The notes beneath the pieces are model-generated. The model worked only from the letters and a program-made list of their open reading frames with translations. It was not told where the DNA came from and made no database searches. DNA of 64,000 nt from an uncultured delta proteobacterium. Lineage in GTDB: Bacteria > Myxococcota_A > Polyangia > Polyangiales > Polyangiaceae. The stretch is from contig CAVOKF010000004.1 in the NCBI GenBank assembly GCA_963696385.1, forward strand, positions 800,001 to 864,000. Direction: 5' to 3'. Shown here piece by piece: positions 1 through 11,228 of this stretch (position 1 is the first letter of the stretch; the number at the start of each line of letters is the position of its first letter). The position numbers were made by a program, and so were the translations under genes.

Positions 1-470
1 CGATACTCCTCGCCGGAGCGCGCGTCCGCCGGCAACAAGCAGACGTCGGCGTGAAGGGCCGAGTGTTTCGTTGTCGGAATGCCCTGCCGAGCGACGAAGT
101 CGTCGAACCCGCGGCGCGCCGCGTCGCAGACGCGATCGATGACACGAATCGCCGCCGTAGACGGTCGGGTCGACGCCGTGCGACCGGCAGTACCCCGCCA
201 TTCGATGATTCGGATGCCGGGGCATTCCGGAAGATCGATCGGCTCGGCCAATAATTCGCTTGGCAGAGGCCTCATTTGCGTGTTGCCGGCACCGCGCTCG
301 GCGGACGGCACGCGAGCGCCCTGTCGGGTCGTTTCGTCGGCGCTCATGGCGCTGCCCGAACTCAGGCCTGCGAGGCGGGCGCTGTTCGCCGGGGGTGGGG
401 GGTGGACGGCACAGGCACTCGCCAGCGGGAGCAAGGCAAGGAAGGCTACGCCGCTGGTTCGTGGATGCAT
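1..470 (-). CDS. Hypothetical lipoprotein, partial (runs off left edge)
   Basis: Manual translation from ATG at 470: MHPRTSGVAFLALLPLASAC (lipobox-like), open to the window edge; not in the ORF track. Confidence 0.55.
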   Translation of the reverse strand, partial: MHPRTSGVAFLALLPLASACAVHPPPPANSARLAGLSSGSAMSADETTRQGARVPSAERGAGNTQMRPLPSELLAEPIDLPECPGIRIIEWRGTAGRTASTRPSTAAIRVIDRVCDAARRGFDDFVARQGIPTTKHSALHADVCLLPADARSGEEY

Positions 471-668
471 GGTCTTGTCGTCGTCGGATCGCGTGAAACC
501 GAAAAAGCCCTCGGGGTCGCAAAATCGAAAAAAGACGGAGTTCCGGCAGGCGCATTCGTCCCGGTGAACCGCCCGGGCGATGGGGCGGTTCTTATCGCGG
601 CTTCCGAGCGACCCGCCGCCGCCGGCGATATAGAGAATGCCGCTGGCCGGGTGGCTGCGCCTCGCACA

Positions 669-1337
669 TCAGAAAAGAAGGAAGCCGATTCTCAGAGCGG
701 GCGAGCTCGCGATGACGGGCTTCGCGCCATTGACGAAGATGAAATTGACGTCCCACGCAGCATCCAAAATGATCGGTGCGGCCCATGGGGCGAATCCGAA
801 GCCGAGACCCGGGGCGACGATGTTCATTTGGGTGAACGCCGATCCCGGAGCCCACGACGTGATCCACGCGACCTCCGGATGCAGAAAGAACGGAGCGCGA
901 TTGATGACCGCGTAGCTCCCATAGACGACGCTTCCAAATGCGAACTTGTCGGTCGTCGCCGGGCTGGCTCCGTTGACATTGCCGTTTCCGTTGTACGTGA
1001 AGTTCGCGCCTATCCCGAGTAAGAAAGCGTCCACGGTGATCATGGCTGCGAGGGTCGGTTGCGGAAAGGATTGCACCGGCAGCTGAAGAAAGCCGGCGAG
1101 GTGCGTTCCTGCGAGCAGCGGGTGGGGTCCGGCTTGCGGCGGCATCGGTGCAGGCGGCGGGGTCTGTGGCGTTGCGGCTTCGTCTCCGTGGGAAACTCCG
1201 CTGCCTGCTTGTGCCGGCACCGGCGCGGGCGCCGGGGGCTGCGGCGTCGCGGCGTCGTCCGCGTGGGCGACTCCGGCGACCGCCAGGCTGACGGCTGCTG
1301 CGACAATTCCTGTGGCTACGACTCCGACGCGAGACAT
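669..1337 (-). CDS. Secreted, probable outer-membrane beta-barrel protein
   Basis: C-terminal part of ORF 669..2369 from MSRVGVVATG; signal peptide ending VAHA, Pro/Ala/Gln linker, amphipathic beta-strands, C-terminal Phe. Confidence 0.65.
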   Translation of the reverse strand: MSRVGVVATGIVAAAVSLAVAGVAHADDAATPQPPAPAPVPAQAGSGVSHGDEAATPQTPPPAPMPPQAGPHPLLAGTHLAGFLQLPVQSFPQPTLAAMITVDAFLLGIGANFTYNGNGNVNGASPATTDKFAFGSVVYGSYAVINRAPFFLHPEVAWITSWAPGSAFTQMNIVAPGLGFGFAPWAAPIILDAAWDVNFIFVNGAKPVIASSPALRIGFLLF

Positions 1338-1535
1338 GGTCTTTCCCCTATTCTTCCTTCGCGCCTGGATCGGCGCTGTGTACGATGAGTGGCGCTTCTG
1401 ACGGGTCCGTCCCGAACAGAGGGCACACGCGCTCCCGGCGGCCTTCGGCCGGCGAAGCGTTCGACGGCACGGACACCCGTCGTCGACGGCAAGCGCTCCG
1501 CGGTTGCGGCTTCGCGGGACCGTCCCCCTCCTGTA

Positions 1536-4019
1536 ATGTGTGAACGGCATTCTGTGACCAAGGTTAAGTCGGCCCGAACGGGCGGCCGTAGACGGTTCAA
1601 GCTGCAGACGCAGCTCTTCGTCGCGATTGGTTCGCTGACCGCGATCCCGCCCGTCCTTCTCGGAATCGCCGAGGCGCGGACTGCCGCCACCCACGCAGCC
1701 GATCTGGCCGACCGCGAGACGCTGTTGACCGGCACTTCCCTCGCTCGCGAGCTCGGGGGCTTGATTGAAGCCGAAGCGAACATCGTCCGAACGGCGGCGG
1801 GCGAAGTGGGAGCCGCCGGCAGACTCGACGTCGATGTCGACGGTGAGAGAGCGATGGAGTACTTCGCTCTCTTTCCCGAGCTTTACGGTGTGATGATTCT
1901 CGACATGCAGGGTTGGTCTGTAGGTGGAGCGGTGCGCGAGGCGGGGCGCGAGCCCCGAGCGGCCGCAGGGTCGTTCTTCGGGGACAGAAAGTGGGTCAAG
2001 GACATCGCGCAAGGAGCGGCGTTTTCGGGCCAGCTCGTCGCATCCAGAATGTTGTCGCGACCGGCCGTCGCCTTTGCGGCCGCCGTGGTGGATCGCTCCG
2101 GCAACCGGTTGGGGCTCGTTTCGAACGGGATCTACCTCGAGGCGGTGCAGCACGCGCTCGAGCGCGTGACCGAGGCGGCGCCCGGCCTCACCAGCGTCGT
2201 TCTCGATGAGGACAGCCGCGTCGTTGCGGTCGCCGGCGACGAGCGAGTGGTCCCGCTCAAGAGCCTGCGCGACGTGCACCTCTACGACCCCCTGGCGGGT
2301 GGGGTTGAACGTCGCTTTGGCTACAGCACGACGGGGGAGCTGCGCCGGGGGACCGCCGCTCCCATCCAAACGAGCGTCGTAAAATGGCGCGTCGTCACCA
2401 CGTGGCCCGACCGAGTCGTGCGCGAGCGCGCGCTCAAGGCACTCGGGACCATGGCGGGTTTTGCGCTCGGTGCCCTCGCGGTCGGCCTGGTTGCGGCGGT
2501 CCTTTTGGCGAGGACGGTCGCGAGGCCGATCGCGCGGCTCTCGCGGCTGGTGGAATCGATCGGCGAGGGGGACCTGCGTGTTCGCCCCGAACCGCTCAAA
2601 GCGTGGTACCCGCGCGAGCTCGAAGAGCTCAACGCATCGGTCGAGGGCATGCTCGGGCGACTGAACCCGCTCGCCAAGCAGTTGGGCCGCGCGGTCTCCT
2701 CAATCGCGGACGTGACTCAGCTTCTGGCGCGTGCGGTGGGGCAAATGCTGGGAGACAGCAACGATCAGCGCGAGGGAGTCACCAAGAGCTCGGCCGCCAT
2801 CGTTCAGATGAACGATTCGATGGACAAAGTGGGCGACGGCGTGCAAAGCGCGTCCAAGACGGCATCGGAGGTCATGTCGTCCATCATGAGCGTCGATGAG
2901 CAGATCGTCCGGATTGTCGACAGCGTGCGCAGGCTGTCGGCGACCGTCGACGGCGCCTCGTCGGAAGGCGCTGCCGCGGAGCGGCACGTCGACGTGGTCG
3001 TTCAGAGCACGGTGCTGCTATCGGACACCGTCGAACGAACGGCCGGCTCCTTGCAACTTCTCACCGAATCGATCAAGCAGGTCGGGGTCGCCGCCGAGCA
3101 CGAAGAGGCTCTGGCACGCGATGCGCTCTCCGCGGCTGTCGTGGGGCGCGACGCGGTCGACCGCATCGCCGGCGCGATGAGTCAGATCCAGGAGCGCTTT
3201 GACGCCGTGGGCACGACCGTGTTGCGCCTGTCGGATCGTTCGGAAGCCATCGGAGAAGTGGTGCGGGTGATCGACGAAGTCACCCGCGCCACGCGCCTTC
3301 TGGCCATCAACGCCGCCATCATCGCCTCCCAAGCGGGGGAACAGGGCTCTGGGTTTAGCGTCGTGGCGGACGGAGTCCGTGCGCTGGCGTCCGAGACCGC
3401 CGCGTCCACGAGCCGAATTACGGATCTCATCACTTCGGTGCAGGTCGACATTCAACAAGCCGTCGATGCGGTCGCATCCGGTCAGAAAGCGGTGGGCGCG
3501 GGCGAGCAGCTCTCCAGCGAGGCTGGGCAGCGACTGCGGGCGATCATCGAGAGCGCGGGCCAAGCCGAAAGGACCGTCCGGGAGATCGCCACGGCGAGCC
3601 GCGACCAAGTGTCGCGCGTGGATCTTCTCGCCGTGGCCGTAAGCGAGGTGCACAATGCGACCAAGCGCATCTCGTCCATCGCGAACTCGCAGCGGCAGGT
3701 GCAACAAAAGGTGGCGGAAGCGCTGGACGAGGTCCGCTCGGTTTGTGCCGACGTGCGGGCCGCGACCATCGCCCAGCGCAAGGACAGCCGAACGATCACG
3801 ACGGCGGTGCAGGCCATGACCGGCCGCCTGCAGACGATCGCGCACGCGAGCGAAGTGCAGAGCCGGGAGCGCAATCGGATCGAGAACGCTCTCAGTGTCT
3901 TCGAAGGCGCCGCGCAGGGCAATGTCGAGCATGCTCGGCAGCTCGGCGACGTCATGAGCCGGCTCGCCGACCGGCTCGAGCAACTCCAGGATCAGCTTTC
4001 GACGTTTCGGGTCGCGTAG
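1536..4019 (+). CDS. Methyl-accepting chemotaxis protein (Cache-like sensor, HAMP, MCP signalling domain)
   Basis: Two TM segments, HAMP (RPIARLSRLVESIGEGDL), hairpin tip TRLLAINAAIIASQAGEQGSGFSVVADGVRALA; start uncertain (1536 ATG or 1554 GTG). Confidence 0.9.
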   Translation: MCERHSVTKVKSARTGGRRRFKLQTQLFVAIGSLTAIPPVLLGIAEARTAATHAADLADRETLLTGTSLARELGGLIEAEANIVRTAAGEVGAAGRLDVDVDGERAMEYFALFPELYGVMILDMQGWSVGGAVREAGREPRAAAGSFFGDRKWVKDIAQGAAFSGQLVASRMLSRPAVAFAAAVVDRSGNRLGLVSNGIYLEAVQHALERVTEAAPGLTSVVLDEDSRVVAVAGDERVVPLKSLRDVHLYDPLAGGVERRFGYSTTGELRRGTAAPIQTSVVKWRVVTTWPDRVVRERALKALGTMAGFALGALAVGLVAAVLLARTVARPIARLSRLVESIGEGDLRVRPEPLKAWYPRELEELNASVEGMLGRLNPLAKQLGRAVSSIADVTQLLARAVGQMLGDSNDQREGVTKSSAAIVQMNDSMDKVGDGVQSASKTASEVMSSIMSVDEQIVRIVDSVRRLSATVDGASSEGAAAERHVDVVVQSTVLLSDTVERTAGSLQLLTESIKQVGVAAEHEEALARDALSAAVVGRDAVDRIAGAMSQIQERFDAVGTTVLRLSDRSEAIGEVVRVIDEVTRATRLLAINAAIIASQAGEQGSGFSVVADGVRALASETAASTSRITDLITSVQVDIQQAVDAVASGQKAVGAGEQLSSEAGQRLRAIIESAGQAERTVREIATASRDQVSRVDLLAVAVSEVHNATKRISSIANSQRQVQQKVAEALDEVRSVCADVRAATIAQRKDSRTITTAVQAMTGRLQTIAHASEVQSRERNRIENALSVFEGAAQGNVEHARQLGDVMSRLADRLEQLQDQLSTFRVA

Positions 4020-4039
4020 CGTAGCGGATCACGACTCTC

Positions 4040-4771
4040 ATGGACGCAAACGGATCGACCGGTGGGGGGCCCGCGCGACCCCGGCCGCATTCGACTCGGG
4101 CTCTTCGCGGGCGCTTGGGCCCGCGGGCGGGCGGGTCGGGCGGACCGGTGAGTCTCGGGACCGGTCGGGACAGCCTTGTGGTCGCCGTGGTCGCCGGCAT
4201 GGTTCTCTTTGCGCGTGCGGCTCGTGCCATCGGCCCGGTGGACGTCGAGGTCGCGGGCATGGGTGGAGCGACCAATCTGGCGTCGAGCGCAGGGAACGAG
4301 CTCGGTTTTGAAGCGGGGGCACGCGCGGGCGTGTCGTGGCGTCATGTCTATGGCGGCTTGTCGTTCGTCGATTCCCCGACCGTCACGATGAGCGCCCGGT
4401 GCGTCGGTCCGGTCGTTGCCGATTGCACGACCGCGACGACGAGCACCGTCGCGTTCTCGGTGCGATCGATGCGATACGGACTGGACGCGGGCTACGACTT
4501 CCGCTTGCTTTCGCGATTCATCGTCCGGCCCCAGCTCGGCGTGGGCCGGATCGCTTTCTACCAGAGTAGCCCCGTCCAAGTGGTCGCGAGCGACGGGCTG
4601 CAGGGCCTCGACGGCACGGCTCATGATGTGTACCTCGAGCCGGGAGTGACGGCGGTCTTGTCCCTTTGGCATTTCTTCTTGGGCGTCGACGCCAACGCGC
4701 TCTTTGTCCCGGAGCTCGCCCATTCGCGCGCGGCGCTTACGGCGCACGGCCAGCTGGGCGTCCGGTTCTGA
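4040..4771 (+). CDS. Outer-membrane beta-barrel domain protein
   Basis: Signal-like segment ending ARA, beta-strand pattern (YGLDAGYDF, VRPQLGVG), C-terminal GQLGVRF. Confidence 0.6.
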   Translation: MDANGSTGGGPARPRPHSTRALRGRLGPRAGGSGGPVSLGTGRDSLVVAVVAGMVLFARAARAIGPVDVEVAGMGGATNLASSAGNELGFEAGARAGVSWRHVYGGLSFVDSPTVTMSARCVGPVVADCTTATTSTVAFSVRSMRYGLDAGYDFRLLSRFIVRPQLGVGRIAFYQSSPVQVVASDGLQGLDGTAHDVYLEPGVTAVLSLWHFFLGVDANALFVPELAHSRAALTAHGQLGVRF

Positions 4772-5842
4772 TCACTCGCGGTCCACCGGGCAGCCGTTCG
4801 TCTTGCGGTCTTTGGTATGGATCCCGGGTGTGTCCGGGCATGCGTCTTGGCTATCGGAGACGCCGTCCCTGTCGCGGTCGGTGTTGTGGTCGAAAAGCTC
4901 GACCCCGACCACGATACGCCACTCGGGTGCGCCGAAATGTTGGTTTAGCCCCGCCCCCGTTCCAATCTTGACCCGCAGCTGCCCCCCGTCGTCCGCAGTG
5001 CCTTCGATGCGTCCCGTCAAGAGCCCCTCGACGCCGGTCGTGGTCGTCCCGAAGAAGGAGCTGAAGGCCGTCTCCCCGTAGATCTCGGGTCCCAAAACGA
5101 GCACCGCGCCCTTGCTGGGGCCAACCGGGATCCGGGATCCGGCCGCGATCCCGAAGAGCAGCTCGCTTCCGCGTGGGCTGCCAGGAGTCGGGGAGTCGTC
5201 GCGCGGCCGAATGTGGACTCCGATCTGCCCGGCGTACGCGAAGGGGCCCCGGTCACCGGCCACCAGGACGCGGAGCATCCCACGGTAGGTCCCGTCGGTG
5301 TCGTAGTCGCGGGTCTGGTCGCCGGCAGGAATCCACAGTTGCGCGCTCGCGCCGAGCCGGAAAGGGCTCTTGGGGCCGCCGACGAGGCGAACGTCGAAGC
5401 CGGCGCGCGTGTCCGACAGGATGTCGGGGCTCTCGGCAAAACTGACCGACGGAGCGGTGAACGAATAGGCGCCCACCGTTGTGTTTTGGCCCACAATGAC
5501 GAGCGGTGCGGTGATGTTGAGGTACAAGCGAAAGCGATCGTAGGTGACGGCGAAGCCGAAGTCGGCGGAGGCTTGGCTCGACACGACGGCCCGATGCGTC
5601 ACTCCGTCGGTGACCCGCAAGGGATTCAAGGCATAGCCGCTCTGCAGCTCCATCGCGCCGCCGAGACCTCCGTGCATGTCGAGGGCGTCCATGACCCACC
5701 AGCCCCCGCCCGGAGCCGAGGGATAGAAGCGCTCGACCGCAAACCCTTGAGCCTGCTGCGGCTGCGCGGCGGCGCGCGGTGCGAAGGCGTTCGCGGCGAG
5801 CGCGGCCAAGCCGAGCGCGCGGTACCCCCTAAAACTCGGCAT
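4772..5842 (-). CDS. OmpA-family-like barrel protein with one thrombospondin type 3 repeat and no OmpA C-terminal domain
   Basis: Signal peptide; GFAVERFYPSAPG N-terminus typical of myxobacterial OmpA-like proteins; ends DRDRDGVSDSQDACPDTPG...NGCP. Confidence 0.65.
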   Translation of the reverse strand: MPSFRGYRALGLAALAANAFAPRAAAQPQQAQGFAVERFYPSAPGGGWWVMDALDMHGGLGGAMELQSGYALNPLRVTDGVTHRAVVSSQASADFGFAVTYDRFRLYLNITAPLVIVGQNTTVGAYSFTAPSVSFAESPDILSDTRAGFDVRLVGGPKSPFRLGASAQLWIPAGDQTRDYDTDGTYRGMLRVLVAGDRGPFAYAGQIGVHIRPRDDSPTPGSPRGSELLFGIAAGSRIPVGPSKGAVLVLGPEIYGETAFSSFFGTTTTGVEGLLTGRIEGTADDGGQLRVKIGTGAGLNQHFGAPEWRIVVGVELFDHNTDRDRDGVSDSQDACPDTPGIHTKDRKTNGCPVDRE

Positions 5843-7334
5843 GGACCCTCCCGCCGAAGATGTTCACGGGACCTCGATCCGCGTTGTAGGCAGGGTTCCA
5901 AAGGTACTCGTAATCGGCCGTGAGCCAGACGGCCTTGAGAAAGTTCACGCTGTAGAACACATCGACGACGCCCTCGGCAGCCTGGCGGAGATGGCCGTCT
6001 CCAATGAAGTTATCGACCCCGCCCATGGCCAGGTACTGGGCGTGCACCGGCGAGATCCAGCTCATGCCGAAGCCGACGCCGGTGACGTCGAAGCGACGGT
6101 GCCAGGCCGAGCCCTTCGCCACGGCGCCGAACGACAGGTCCCGATCGGCCGCATTGAAGGCATCGACCTCGGTCTGGCCGTCGGAAACCATCGCTCGAGA
6201 AAAGACGCCGATGTCGTGGGTGACGTGCTGTTCCAGGTTGATTCCGATGCCGACTTTCGCGTTCCGCTTGCGCACCCAGCAAAGGTCCGGGGCCGCGACG
6301 TTTCCGGACCCGAAGTTGTAAAGATTCCCGCACGCGGCGGCGTTGTCGGCCGGATGGGCCTCGAACGCCGCGATGGCGTCGGCGAAGCGTCCCGCATAGA
6401 CGCTATTTCGGTAGCCGAGCAGGCGCACGGCGCCCGCCTGTCCGAAGATCTGGTGGTCGTGCTCGATCTCGAGTTGATCGCTGTAGAATTCCCAGAACCG
6501 GAACTCCAAGGCCTGCCCGTTCGGCTCTTGCGGCGGCAGCGTTCGCGCGAATCGCGCAGCCCAGTCGTCCCAGTAGATCTCGGCGATCACGCCATTGGTG
6601 TAGCCGCGCTCGTCGGCCGCAAAGTCCCAGGAGGCGTGCGTCATGAAGGCCATGTTGAAAAACGTCTGACGGGGATCCCAGGTGACCGAGTTCTTGTCGA
6701 AGGAATCGAGGACGGTAAAATTGCCTGCCGTCAGGACAAGTCGCCGGCTGTCGACCGTCGCGGCGAGCTGCATCGGATCCGACGTCTTCGCGACACGCTC
6801 GCCGCCGAATCCGATGGTCTGCCGGAGGTAGGCGCGGGATCGGTACAGCTGGCCGGTGGGAGACCCGGTCTTCTGGAGCTCGAAATTCTGGATGGCGCCG
6901 CCAATTCCCGTCAGTCCCGAAAACGGGACCTCCGCGATGAACTCCGGAACGAAGTACGCTTCGGCGCCGGGCCAGAGCCGGACCCCGAAGAACAGCGTTG
7001 CCGTGAGCGTGTAACTGCGCTCCCAGTCGGGGAGGAGCGATTTGTCGGTGCCGTCCGCGTTCGTATACGGAGCCGAAAACGGCGGATGCCAGCTCGAAAT
7101 GTACGTAAATTGTCCGTACGCGTTCCAGCTTTCGTCATCGATGTCGTGTAGATCGTGGTGCGCCAGCAGGTTCATGAAGTCGAACGCATCGTCCTCGTGC
7201 GCCGCCGGCGGGGCCGGTTGGGCAGCCGCCGCAGCGGCAGCGAGGGTGAGGCTTACGGCCCATGCAGCGCCGAGGACGCGAGCGGACCCCCGAGCGCTAC
7301 GACCCACCGGCGTCTCCGACCGGGGCGAGTGCAT
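5829..7334 (-). CDS. Carbohydrate-selective porin OprB family / high-affinity Mn2+ porin (MnoP-like)
   Basis: Motifs YRSRAYLRQT, DPRQTFFN, WDFAADERGYTNG, NPAYNADRGP; C-terminal RVHAEF. Confidence 0.8.
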   Translation of the reverse strand: MHSPRSETPVGRSARGSARVLGAAWAVSLTLAAAAAAAQPAPPAAHEDDAFDFMNLLAHHDLHDIDDESWNAYGQFTYISSWHPPFSAPYTNADGTDKSLLPDWERSYTLTATLFFGVRLWPGAEAYFVPEFIAEVPFSGLTGIGGAIQNFELQKTGSPTGQLYRSRAYLRQTIGFGGERVAKTSDPMQLAATVDSRRLVLTAGNFTVLDSFDKNSVTWDPRQTFFNMAFMTHASWDFAADERGYTNGVIAEIYWDDWAARFARTLPPQEPNGQALEFRFWEFYSDQLEIEHDHQIFGQAGAVRLLGYRNSVYAGRFADAIAAFEAHPADNAAACGNLYNFGSGNVAAPDLCWVRKRNAKVGIGINLEQHVTHDIGVFSRAMVSDGQTEVDAFNAADRDLSFGAVAKGSAWHRRFDVTGVGFGMSWISPVHAQYLAMGGVDNFIGDGHLRQAAEGVVDVFYSVNFLKAVWLTADYEYLWNPAYNADRGPVNIFGGRVHAEF

Positions 7335-7553
7335 AGGTCGGACCTCGAGCAGCTAAAGGGCGGCGATCGGGCGCGTGCATGAGTCCGGTGGCAGCCGGCA
7401 TCGGGGTTCTCTCGAGTGAGAGCTCAGACCCTGCGAAGGGCGGCTTCGATGCACGTCTCGAATCATACATGCGTCGAAGTAGGCACGGACGCGAAAAGGG
7501 CTCGGGGAGGGTGCCAGCGAGGAGCCGACCCGGGGTGACGGCGGTCGATTCAC

Positions 7554-8988
7554 TTAAAGCTCCGGAGCGAGCAGCCGGGCCACCTGCTCGATCACCCAGT
7601 CCTGCCGGTAGGGCGGACTGTCCGATGCGGACTCGGCGATGAGGCCGTCGAGGAAGGCGCGAACCTGCCCTATCGCGTCCCGACTGTACAGGCACAAGGC
7701 ACTCTCGTAGTTGAGAAATAAGCTCCCGCATGTCGAAGTTCGGCGAGCCGACGTAAGCGAACGCGTCGTCGATCACCATGGCCTTCGCGTGGACCATCCC
7801 GAGCCCGTAGTAATGGACGACGGCGCCCGCAGCCCGGAGCTCGCGGAGCAACTGCCGGCGAGCGACGTCGGCGACCCCGTGATTCGACCGCGACGGCACC
7901 AGGATCTCGGTTTTCACGCCTCGTCGCGCCGACAGGACGAGGGCGTGCTGCAGCGGCGCGTCCGGTACGTAGTACGGCGTCGCGATCGCGATCCGCTCGC
8001 GCGCATCGAAGATCTCCGTCAAGAAGAGATCGTAGAGAGTGTCGGTGGGCATGTCGGGCCCGCTGGCGACCACCTGGACGACGGCGTCGCCGCGAGGGAC
8101 GGCGCGATCGGCGCAACTCGGATCGTCGACCACACGCCCGGGGCCGCGACAGAATCGCCAATCCGACTCGAACAGCGCCAGGGCATCGGCGGCCGCCGGT
8201 CCGCTCGCCACGGCGGCGAGGTCACGCCATCGGGGTGCGCTCGCCGGGCGCGCGGTCGGGCCCATGTACTCGTCGGCCAGATTCATTCCTCCCGCGAAGA
8301 CATGCTCGCCGTCGAAGACGCCGAGCTTGCGGTGGCTCCGCAAGTTGGTGCGGCCCCGGACCGGCGAGTGGCGGAGTGGCATGAACGCGCGAACTTGGGC
8401 ACCGGCCGTACCGAGCAGCCGCGTCGCTCGGCGAAGCGATCGCCGGGAACCGACGGCATCGAGGATCAGGCGCACGCTCACGCCCCGCGCCGCACTCTCG
8501 GCGAGTGCGTCGACGACCGTTCCGCCGGTCGCGTCGTCGCCCAGGATGAACATCGTCAGGTCAATCGACCGTTCGGCGTTCCGAATCAAATCCATCAGGC
8601 GCGCGTAGGCCGTCTCGCCCGTCGTCAGAAGCTCGAACGCGTGGCCGCCCCGCGCTGGTGCCAATCCGCTCGCCAGCGACAAGCGCGCAAGCCCCGTCGC
8701 GGGTTTTCCGTCGCTCGACGGGTCGGCAGACCAGGCCGTCTCGCGCCCCGGCCGTTTCGCGTGCCGGGGGAACTTCCGGCTCCCGAGAAGAAGGTAGAGC
8801 GGGATCGCGACGAACGGCAGGAACACGATCGCCAGAAGCCAGGCGAGTGTGCTCTGAGGAGTCCGAGGCGAATCGAAGACTCGAAAGAGCATCACCAGCG
8901 AGGCGATGGCCGCCAGAACGGTGAGAACGTGCGACGCAACGTAGGTAGCGATCAACGCCGGGAGCCCTGCCGCGGGCGAGCATTCCAT
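7554..8988 (-). CDS. cls: Cardiolipin synthase (PLD family), single-base frameshift near 7725
   Basis: N-terminal TM pair; two HKD motifs (HRKLGVFD, HAKAMVID). Removing one base restores NFDMRSLFLNYE...RLLAPEL, stop at 7554. Confidence 0.88.
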
Positions 8989-9299
8989 GCTTCTCGCTCG
9001 GGCTCCACGAGGACGTTCGGATTGAGTCGCCGCTCTCGCGGGTTTCCGGCCAGGAATACGCAGCGCATGGCGAGAGCCTACTGGCTTCTGCCGGCACGGA
9101 TGCGCCTTCCGCGACGCCGTTTCTCTTGTGGCATGGGCTGTTCATCGAGCGGTCACTTCGCCAAACTGGCGCGACACCGTAACAACAGTGAACCGAGAGG
9201 GGATTCCGGGCGCGCAGACGAGCCCGCTTAATCGATCGCCGACTCTCGACGGCGACCCGCCGCCGCGTTACGAGACACTTGCTATCGCGGGGACCGATC

Positions 9300-9450
9300 A
9301 TGGCCAATCCAAACGCCGGTCGATTCACCTGGCACGAATGGATTTCGAGCGATGCCGGGCCCGATCTTCGGCTCGAGCGGCAAGGCGGGGCAAGGGGACA
9401 TGCCATATGGGCACTGGACCCGCGACGGCAAAGAAGTCGGCGGAATGACC
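9300..9450 (+). pseudogene. VOC/glyoxalase family remnant
   Basis: MANPNAGRFTWHEW...D, then in another frame DMPYGHWTRDGKEVGGMT; resembles a VOC N-terminus, deleted and frameshifted. Confidence 0.5.
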
Positions 9451-9562
9451 CGGCACATATCCCACGGCACCGCACTGCGCCGCGCGCACACGCAGCGGCG
9501 GCGAACGGCGATCCTGGCTGCGTCGTTCGCGCTTGCGCTGAACGCCCGTAGGAGCGCGGTAA

Positions 9563-11228
9563 ATGATCCCGTCCGAGCGCGAAACCGCGTCACGGAGCGA
9601 TGCCGCGCGACCGGATCGAATCGTTCACTTATCGGACTTGCACATCGCCGCGACGCAACGATCCACGCAGATCCTCGGACGGTTGCCTGGAGCGCTCCGC
9701 GACTTCCTCGGCCCGCAGGGTTCACCTTCCGTTGCGGCGATTTTCGTGACCGGCGACGTGTTCGACTCGTCGGACTTCGACCGCACAGAGGCGATGAGTC
9801 GCTTCGTGGCGCTGTATGGCGCGCTCATGGAACGCCCTCCCGGACCCCGTCCCTGTCGTGCTCCTTGCCGGCAACCACGACCGGCGCAGGGGAGGGATCC
9901 TTGGCCCGCACGACCCCACGCTGTTCGACGCGCTGGCTGTCGCCTCCGCGTCGGTGAAACGAGCGCCTGTCTTCGTAGCGGGCCGTCTCCCCCGCCGCGC
10001 CGAGAGGGTCCCCCAAGAGGTGCACCGCACCCGCGCCAGCGTGGCGACCTACGACGCGACCGTCCTGCTGCGCGGCCTCTTTAGCGCTGGCGGTGAGGTT
10101 CGTCAGGAGGACCTGCTGTGGTTGGTGTCGACGCTGCCTCGCGAGCCCGAGCCTAGGGCCCCGCTTCTGCTTTTGATGCATCACCATCTGATCCCGACCC
10201 CGCTCACCGACCTGGGGCGCGTCGACCTGCATGGGCGAGATGCCATCTCGCGATGGATCGTCGACCGGGCCCTTCCCATGCTCGTCTCGAATGCCGATCG
10301 CGAAGAACTGACGATGACCGCGCTCGGGGCCGGAACGGCAATCTCGACGTTGCACGGGGTAGGCCGTCCAGTGGTCGTCCTGCACGGACACAAACACTAT
10401 CCGACCGCCAGGCTCCTGGTCGGAACCGACCTCGGCGAAAACGACATCGCCATCCTCTCTGCGGGGAGCGCCGGTGTGGCCGAAGCGTGGTCTCCGACGG
10501 ACGGTCGCGGCGCCGGTCACCTCTGGCCGTCGTTCAACGTGCTCGATCTGGGCTCCGACGGTTCCTTGGTCGCTCGGACGGTCGCGTTCTCGCCTACGAG
10601 CGGCCGGCTCGCGCCTCCGCGGATCCTCATCGACATCCAGCGCGCCGGACTCCGATGGGAGGTGCGGACGCCCGCGGCCCTCGCGCCGGCTGAACCGGTG
10701 CTCAAAAGCAATGAAGCCCACTTCGCGTTGAGCGGGACGGGGGACCGTTGGACTCTGCGTTGCACGCGACGCCTGATGCCGGAATCCGAGAGCGCGCGTG
10801 TCGCGTACGTCGAAGTGGTCGCGGCGGCGCCGGGCGCGAGGCCCGAGCGTATCGTGGACGCTCAGGGGGAGCGTCGCGCCGCCCGCGTCCCCTTCCATCT
10901 GGCGGTCTCGACGGCCGGACCTTCCTCGTACACGCTGCGTCACGCGGTGTGCCGGACACCCTCGGCGGCGAAGCGCGCGTACGGTCGCGAGACCGCGTTC
11001 GAAGGGGTCGGTTTCGTCAACCGAGCCCCCTCACGCAAGGCCGTTTTGCGTTTGCAAGGATTGCCCCCGTCGTTCGAAGCTTTTGCCAGCATCACGGACA
11101 TGACCACTGGGCGCGAGACCATGGTGCCCCTTGCGTGCAACGGCGACGACCGACAGGTGACGTGCGAACCCTGTCCGGCCCGCAGCCTTCTCCGCCTGCA
11201 CATCGTCCTGCAATCGGAACATCCCTGA
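9563..11228 (+). CDS. Calcineurin-like metallophosphoesterase with unknown C-terminal domain, frameshift near 9825
   Basis: HLSDLH and VTGD in ORF 9563; GNHD, MHHH and LHGHKH in ORF 9816. Confidence 0.8.

Noticed and set aside
7335..7553. Metal riboswitch upstream of the MnoP-like porin
   Set aside because: No recognisable yybP-ykoY or NiCo consensus by eye; an Rfam scan would be needed.
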